Positions 58,754-64,000 of a stretch of 64,000 nucleotides of DNA are shown here, piece by piece (the stretch's first letter is position 1; each line of letters begins with the position of its first letter). The position numbers and the translations under genes were made by a program. The DNA is from Escherichia coli (GTDB lineage Bacteria; Pseudomonadota; Gammaproteobacteria; Enterobacterales; Enterobacteriaceae): assembly GCF_003991155.1 (NCBI RefSeq), contig NZ_CP031293.1; one strand, 5' to 3'. The notes under the pieces were generated by a model, which was not told the DNA's origin, did no database searches, and saw nothing but the letters and a program-made list of their open reading frames with translations.

Positions 58754-58833
58754 TTCATTTTCTGTCATGGCCTTTATGCCAGTGCAATAACGCACCGGCA
58801 GGGCGGACTACACGCTGAAACTGGAGATTTAAC

Positions 58834-59694
58834 ATGTTAGTTTCGATGAAAGAATTACTGCAACCTACCCGCCAGCACGGCTTTGCCATTGGCGCATTTA
58901 ATGTGGCGGATAACTGTTTCCTTCGCGCAGTCGTGGATGAAGCAGAAGCGACAAATACTCCGGCGATTATTGCCATCCATCCCAGCGAACATGATTTTGT
59001 GGGCGATGCCTTTTTCGCTCACGTTCGCGAAATTACCCAGCGTAGTCCGGTCCCGTTTGTACTGCACCTCGATCATGGTGCCTCTGTAGAGCATGTTTTG
59101 CGTGCGATTCGCTGCGGATTTACCTCAGTAATGATCGACGGTTCGCTGCTGCCGTATGAAGAAAACGTGGCGCTGACCGCAGAAGTGGTTCGCCTCGCTC
59201 ACGCGGTTGGAGTGTCGGTTGAGGGTGAACTGGGAACCATCGGACAAACAGGAACGTCGGTAGAAGGTGGTGTTTCACAAGTGACCTACACAGATCCGGC
59301 GCAGGCCGCCGATTTTATTGCTCGTACAGGTGCCGACACTCTGGCTGTGGCGATTGGTACAGCACATGGCATCTATCCAAAAGGGATGCAGCCGAAGCTG
59401 CAAATGGACATTTTGCGCGACATTGCCGGACGTATTGATATTCCGCTGGTGCTACACGGTGGTTCGGCAAACCCGGACGCGGAGATTGCTGAATCAGTTA
59501 CGCTCGGCGTCGGCAAAATCAATATCTCCAGCGATATGAAATACGCCTATTTCCAGAAAGTGCGTGAAATTCTCGCTAAAGAGAGCTGGTGGGACCCGAA
59601 CGTCATCTATCCGGATGCGATTAACGCGGCGCGGGAAGTCATTCGCCACAAAATGAAACTGTTCGGTTCGCTCGGTAAAGCATCACTGTACTAA
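58834..59694 (+). CDS. Class II ketose-bisphosphate aldolase (GatY/KbaY/FbaA-like, paralogue 2)
   Basis: 286 aa with the motifs LHLDHGAS, EGELGTIG, GTAHGIY and LVLHGGSA. Confidence 0.85.
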   Translation: MLVSMKELLQPTRQHGFAIGAFNVADNCFLRAVVDEAEATNTPAIIAIHPSEHDFVGDAFFAHVREITQRSPVPFVLHLDHGASVEHVLRAIRCGFTSVMIDGSLLPYEENVALTAEVVRLAHAVGVSVEGELGTIGQTGTSVEGGVSQVTYTDPAQAADFIARTGADTLAVAIGTAHGIYPKGMQPKLQMDILRDIAGRIDIPLVLHGGSANPDAEIAESVTLGVGKINISSDMKYAYFQKVREILAKESWWDPNVIYPDAINAAREVIRHKMKLFGSLGKASLY

Positions 59695-59701
59695 GCCAGA
59701 A

Positions 59702-59722
59702 GGGCGGGGTGACCCGCCTTTT
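59702..59722 (+). terminator. Small intrinsic terminator or attenuator between aldolase 2 and the ROK kinase gene
   Basis: The stem ggcggg/cccgcc with loop GTGA is followed by TTTT, starting 8 nt after the aldolase stop. Confidence 0.5.
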
Positions 59723-59741
59723 ACGCAACAAGGAACGAGAA

Positions 59742-60674
59742 ATGCACTATCTGGGGTTGGATATTGGTGGGACCAAAATCGCCGCCGTCGTCATGGATGC
59801 GCATGGCTGGGAGATTCGCCGTTACCGCTGCCCGACGCAAAAGTCGACATATCAACAATTTGTCTCATGTGTTGTGGCGCTTATCGAGCAGATTAGGCGG
59901 GACGTTCAACGACCGATGCTGACAGGGATCGCCTTACCCGGCAGTATCTCGCCACTCACTGGCCTGATTAAAAACGCGAATATTCAGGTGATTAACGGTC
60001 ATGCGTTACAGGCTGATTTGCAGCAATTGCTTGGGCAACCGGTGGTGATAGCCAATGATGGTAACTGTTTCGCGCTATCAGAAGCTTGCGACGGTGCCGG
60101 GCAAGATTATGACGTGGTATTTGGTATTACGCTTGGTACGGGCTGCGGCGGTGGCATTGCCATCAAGCAACGACCGTTTATAGGGGCCTGGGGAAATGCT
60201 GCCGAATGCGGTCATATCACGTTGCCAGGCTATACGGAGCAGGAAGATGGTCCATCAGTCAGTTGCTATTGCGGCAAACACAACTGCGTGGAGTCGTTTG
60301 TTTCCGGCAGCGGTTTTAGTGAACGCTATCAACAGATGACTGGTAACTTGCTCACTCCTGCGGCGATTGTCACCCTGGCACAACGTGGTGATGCTGGTGC
60401 CATGCAGCAGGTGGCACGTTTTCGCCAACAGCTTGCCCGCACGCTGGCAACCATCGTTAATGTTGTTGACCCTGGCGTGATTGTGATCGGCGGCGGGCTT
60501 TCGAATGTGGAACTGCTTATCACCGATCTGAACGCAGAAGTTGCTCCACTGGTTTTCACCGATCAATTCACCACTCCCATTGTAAAAGCACAGCACGGCG
60601 ACAGTAGCGGAATGCGTGGCGCTGCCTGGCTTGCTATGCGCAACGGAGAAGCCAATGAAACGTTCACAAATTAA
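59742..60674 (+). CDS. ROK-family sugar kinase
   Basis: From MHYLGLDIGGTKIAAVVMD (ATP-binding DxGGT motif). The zinc motif reads GHITLPG...CYCGKHNCVES. An AAGGAA Shine-Dalgarno is present. Confidence 0.85.
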   Translation: MHYLGLDIGGTKIAAVVMDAHGWEIRRYRCPTQKSTYQQFVSCVVALIEQIRRDVQRPMLTGIALPGSISPLTGLIKNANIQVINGHALQADLQQLLGQPVVIANDGNCFALSEACDGAGQDYDVVFGITLGTGCGGGIAIKQRPFIGAWGNAAECGHITLPGYTEQEDGPSVSCYCGKHNCVESFVSGSGFSERYQQMTGNLLTPAAIVTLAQRGDAGAMQQVARFRQQLARTLATIVNVVDPGVIVIGGGLSNVELLITDLNAEVAPLVFTDQFTTPIVKAQHGDSSGMRGAAWLAMRNGEANETFTN

Positions 60675-61335
60675 TTATGTTATTGATAAAGCACATGCCA
60701 TTGCGCAGACCTTCCGCGTTTGTTTGCCAGAGTTCGCCTATTTTACGGTGGATGACTGGCTGCAGCGGGAACGGGATAACTGGCAAGAAGTGGTCGACTT
60801 ACAGCTCGGTTGGGATATCACCGATTTTGGTCGTGGTGATTTCAACCAAACGGGACTAACACTGCTAACGATGCGCAACGGCGCGCTGGGGTCGGCGGCA
60901 TATCCAAAACCGTATGCTGAGAAAATGTTGCAGATCCAACAAGATCAGCAGACTCCCTGGCATTTTCACACCCACAAAATGGAAGATATCCTCAATCGGG
61001 GCGGTGGAGACTTATGCATGCAGTTGGCCTGGGCCAACGAAGCCAATCTCTGTGATGATCAACGAGTCATTACCGTGAGTGTTGATGGTCAGCGGCGTAC
61101 CATGAAACCTGGTGAAACGCTGGTGCTAAAGCCGGGGCAGGGCATTTGCCTGCCGCCGCGTCTGTATCATCGCTTCTGGGCGGAAAAAGCGTTTGTTCTC
61201 GGCTGGGAAATTTCGATGGTAAATGATGACCAACACGATAATTATTTTCTTGAGCCGGGAGGACGTTTTCCGGCGATAGAAGAAGATGAACCGGTGAAAT
61301 GGTTATTGTGCAGTGAGTATGGAATTTTGCGCTAA
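60655..61335 (+). CDS. Cupin-type D-lyxose/D-mannose ketol-isomerase
   Basis: From MKRSQINYVIDKAH... The metal site reads WHFHTHKMEDILNRGGG. A GGAGA Shine-Dalgarno is present. It overlaps the kinase 3' end by 20 nt. Confidence 0.8.
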   Translation: MKRSQINYVIDKAHAIAQTFRVCLPEFAYFTVDDWLQRERDNWQEVVDLQLGWDITDFGRGDFNQTGLTLLTMRNGALGSAAYPKPYAEKMLQIQQDQQTPWHFHTHKMEDILNRGGGDLCMQLAWANEANLCDDQRVITVSVDGQRRTMKPGETLVLKPGQGICLPPRLYHRFWAEKAFVLGWEISMVNDDQHDNYFLEPGGRFPAIEEDEPVKWLLCSEYGILR

Positions 61336-61344
61336 TAACGGGGA

Positions 61345-61380
61345 ACGCTAGCGCTGATATCCGCTAGCGTCCTTATTTTT
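61345..61380 (+). terminator. Rho-independent terminator after the isomerase gene (convergent with the yicH stop)
   Basis: The stem acgctagcg/cgctagcgt with an 8-nt loop is followed by ccTTATTTTT. Confidence 0.7.
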
Positions 61381-63088
61381 ACTGCACCGGCTCCGTCGAC
61401 GTAACTTCACCACTGGAAACGACGCCCGCATTTATGGTTTGAGTCACTTGCTGCTTTGCGGCATTCACGGCATGCAATTGCCCGCTAACCGTAGGTTTCA
61501 GCGGGACATTGGCCTGAATATCGCCACTGGCGGTAAGCTGAATATTGCCGTCGCCAGTCAACGGTAATTCAGGCCATCCCCAATGTTGCAAAATATTCAC
61601 CGGCACACCGCGTCCATTCAGGCTGATATGGGTCTGACGTTGTGGCGTTTGTGAAACACTGGCGGTGGCTTCCAGAATGCCTTTTTCAGTAAATGCACTC
61701 AGTTCGCTGATATTCACCGTGCTGCTGTTGGCGGTCAGCGCCAGCGATGGGCGACGAACATCAACACGATTGAATGTCGCGGCGGCGGCATTCAGATTCG
61801 CCGAACCACTCCAGACGCCCCATTTATGATCGGTAACCAGCGTCAGGTTGGCACCGTAACCATCGAGCGCGGTGAGCTGCCACGGGAAGTCAGGGTCGAT
61901 ATCAATGATCAGATTGCGGCTGGCGCTAAATCTCTTCAGTTGCAGGCTGTTTAACCAACCGGGTGTCGTTTCCATCCACAACTGTTGCCAGTTTTTTGGC
62001 AAGGTATATTCCAGTCCGGCAATTGCCGCATCATCGAGGATCAACATTTTCCCGTCACGCAACCAGTTCCCTGACGTTCTGACCATGCCCCCTTCCCAGC
62101 GGCTGGTGAACTGGCGCAGTGCTACGCCCTGCGGGGAAAATTCCGCGTTTATAATCGGGTCAAATAAATGCAGCGAACCATAAATGAACTCGCTGGCGTT
62201 CATCGACAGTTTGCCTTCCTGTGTCTGCCAGTCATCTTTACTGAAGGTCATGTTGCGCAAGCTGAGATCGAGGTCGGTCACCGCCCAGTCCGGACCTTGC
62301 AAACGAGCATCGATCACTTCCAGGCGACCAATCTGCAACGACGGGACAGAGCGTAATGGCGCAAAGAAGTCGGTTAGCGATTTTTCGCTTTGTAGACGGA
62401 TATCCGCCATGCGCAGATTTTCCACTTGCCAGCTGCCGTCGGCGTTACGCTGCGCGTTTCCGGTTAATGTCCCGCGGGCGATGTCGGCACCCAGGTTAGT
62501 CAGCGTAACGCGATCGTTATCAATACTGCCTTCAATCAGTACATTGGTGGCAGGAACATCATTGAGCGAAAGCGATCCGGCACTAAACTGAATCTGCGCC
62601 TTCGTACCCAGCACTTTACCGGCTTCTGGTGACCACGGAACCACGCCGCCATTTACCCGCTGCGCGCTCAGTTTCCATTCGCTATTCGGGCTATTAAACG
62701 CCATATTACGCAGTTGCAGACGATCGGCTTTGAACGGTAGCGGCGCGGTCTGGTCGGTGAGATTCAGCGTCCCGTTTTCCAGCAGGATGGTATCGACATG
62801 GCGTGGTTCGGTCAGTTGCCGACTGCTTAGCGCAATGTCGACACTTTTTGCCACCAGGGTCGCGGGCTGGCCATCACGACCAAACGTGACGTTCTCCAGC
62901 ACGATATGAGATGGCGCGGAAAAACGGTGATCCATCGCCCCGAAGGCCAGATGATAGTCGCTATTCTCGGAAACCCATGCGCTGATATGTTCTGCTCCCC
63001 AGCGAGTTTGCAGAAGAAAATAGAGGCCAGCGATCACCACTAACAGAGCGATGAGAATGTAGAGAAGCAGCTTCCCAATAAATTTCAT
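61379..63088 (-). CDS. yicH: AsmA-family protein YicH
   Basis: The start is trimmed to MKFIGKLLLYILIALLVVIAGLYFLLQTRWG..., giving the 569 aa of K-12 YicH. Confidence 0.9.
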   Translation of the reverse strand: MKFIGKLLLYILIALLVVIAGLYFLLQTRWGAEHISAWVSENSDYHLAFGAMDHRFSAPSHIVLENVTFGRDGQPATLVAKSVDIALSSRQLTEPRHVDTILLENGTLNLTDQTAPLPFKADRLQLRNMAFNSPNSEWKLSAQRVNGGVVPWSPEAGKVLGTKAQIQFSAGSLSLNDVPATNVLIEGSIDNDRVTLTNLGADIARGTLTGNAQRNADGSWQVENLRMADIRLQSEKSLTDFFAPLRSVPSLQIGRLEVIDARLQGPDWAVTDLDLSLRNMTFSKDDWQTQEGKLSMNASEFIYGSLHLFDPIINAEFSPQGVALRQFTSRWEGGMVRTSGNWLRDGKMLILDDAAIAGLEYTLPKNWQQLWMETTPGWLNSLQLKRFSASRNLIIDIDPDFPWQLTALDGYGANLTLVTDHKWGVWSGSANLNAAAATFNRVDVRRPSLALTANSSTVNISELSAFTEKGILEATASVSQTPQRQTHISLNGRGVPVNILQHWGWPELPLTGDGNIQLTASGDIQANVPLKPTVSGQLHAVNAAKQQVTQTINAGVVSSGEVTSTEPVQ

Positions 63089-63208
63089 GGTCTTCCATCC
63101 CGTGAAATGCACATAAGGGAGTTATGCACGATTTACGCGCAATCCTCAAGGCGGGAATGGTGAAAGAGGTGAGACTGCGGCGGTAATTATCTTACCGCCG
63201 CCAGTGAA

Positions 63209-64000
63209 TTACTGTTTTTCTGGTGGGAAAATCAGATTCAGCACGATGGCAGTAATACCGCCCGCGGCGATCCCGGAGGAGAGCAGGTTTTTCAGCCATT
63301 CAGGGGCAAACTGCAAAATCAGCGGCTGCTGAGACACGCCCAGACCGACCGCCAGCGACAGCGCGATAATCAGAATCGCCCGGCGGTTCAGCGGCTCACG
63401 AGAAACGATACGCACACCGGAGGCGGCGATGGTGCCAAACATTACAAGCGTTGCGCCGCCCAGAACCGGTTCTGGAATGTGTTGTACAAAACCGCTCACT
63501 GCCGGGAACAGACCCAGCACGATCAACATCAGCGCGACGACAAAACCGACATAGCGGCTGGCAACACCGGTTAACTGGATCACCCCGTTGTTCTGCCCGA
63601 AGCAGGAGTTCGGGAAGGTATTAAATACCGCCGAGACAAACGAGTTCAGGCCGTTTGCCAGCACGCCGCCTTTCAGGCGTTTCATGTACAGCGGACCGGA
63701 AACCGGCTGTTCGGAAACGTCAGAGGTCGCCGTGATATCGCCAATGGTTTCCAGCGAAGTGATCATAAAGACCAGCATCAGCGGCAGCAGCAGACTCCAT
63801 TCAATGCCAAGACCGTAATAGAGCGGCGTTGGCACCATAATCAGTTCTTGCGTCATCGGTTCGTTGCTTTCTGGCAACATGTCCATAAACCACGCCAGCG
63901 CATATCCAGCCGCCATCGCAATCACCAGTGAGGCCACGCGTAAGTAAGGGTTACGTTGACGGTTAAGCAGGATAATTAAGGCTAAGACCACGCCTGCCAG
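63209..64000 (-). CDS. xanP: Xanthine permease XanP (YicE), C-terminal part; the gene continues beyond the window end
   Basis: ...[22 protein letters not shown]... is the NCS2/NAT signature region, and the protein ends ...NLIFPPEKQ. The reading frame is open to position 64000. Confidence 0.9.
   Translation of the reverse strand: MAGVVLALIILLNRQRNPYLRVASLVIAMAAGYALAWFMDMLPESNEPMTQELIMVPTPLYYGLGIEWSLLLPLMLVFMITSLETIGDITATSDVSEQPVSGPLYMKRLKGGVLANGLNSFVSAVFNTFPNSCFGQNNGVIQLTGVASRYVGFVVALMLIVLGLFPAVSGFVQHIPEPVLGGATLVMFGTIAASGVRIVSREPLNRRAILIIALSLAVGLGVSQQPLILQFAPEWLKNLLSSGIAAGGITAIVLNLIFPPEKQ

Overview
This is Escherichia coli chromosome around tRNA-Sec (selC). The backbone genes yicS, nlpA, yicL and setC (0.7-4.2 kb) and selC, yicJ, yicI, yicH and xanP (50-64 kb) match K-12 proteins as I recall them. 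Three blocks are extra relative to K-12 gene order. (1) A ~45.1-kb mosaic genomic island (4874-50023) is bounded by a 24-bp direct repeat of the selC 3' end. It has a P4-type integrase next to selC and a CP4-44/CP4-57-like backbone: YeeP-type GTPase, WYL regulator, DUF932, antirestriction, RadC and a CbeA/CbtA toxin-antitoxin pair. It also has four YfjJ/YagK-family paralogues plus AlpA. Its cargo is mostly metabolic: a second pseudouridine-utilisation module, a complete tnaCAB operon with a variant leader peptide, fragments of the mel locus and of a PTS gene, an eight-gene OtnK/OtnC/OtnI-type acid-sugar locus with unusual partners (BKACE, BASS permease, GlcG-like, racemase-fold), and a corner with a MarA-like regulator, a BhsA-like protein, a frameshifted SDR and an acyltransferase-like gene. 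The island carries intact IS3 and IS1 with target duplications, nested IS66-family elements, and IS21, IS605 and IS3-family debris. (2) A ~7.3-kb islet between yicI and yicH encodes a PRD-type regulator, a fructose-type PTS (EIIA/B/C), two class II aldolases, a ROK kinase and a D-lyxose/D-mannose isomerase. (3) The window starts with the 5' part of a SicA/IpgC-family type III secretion chaperone gene. I found no rRNA, no CRISPR array and no recognisable complete defence system. The best candidates for undescribed biology are the hybrid acid-sugar locus (36.8-43.6 kb) and an orphan 407-aa basic protein followed by a 1.1-kb ORF-free AT-rich tract (12.97-15.37 kb). All homology statements rest on reading the translations and on memory of protein families; no database search was run.
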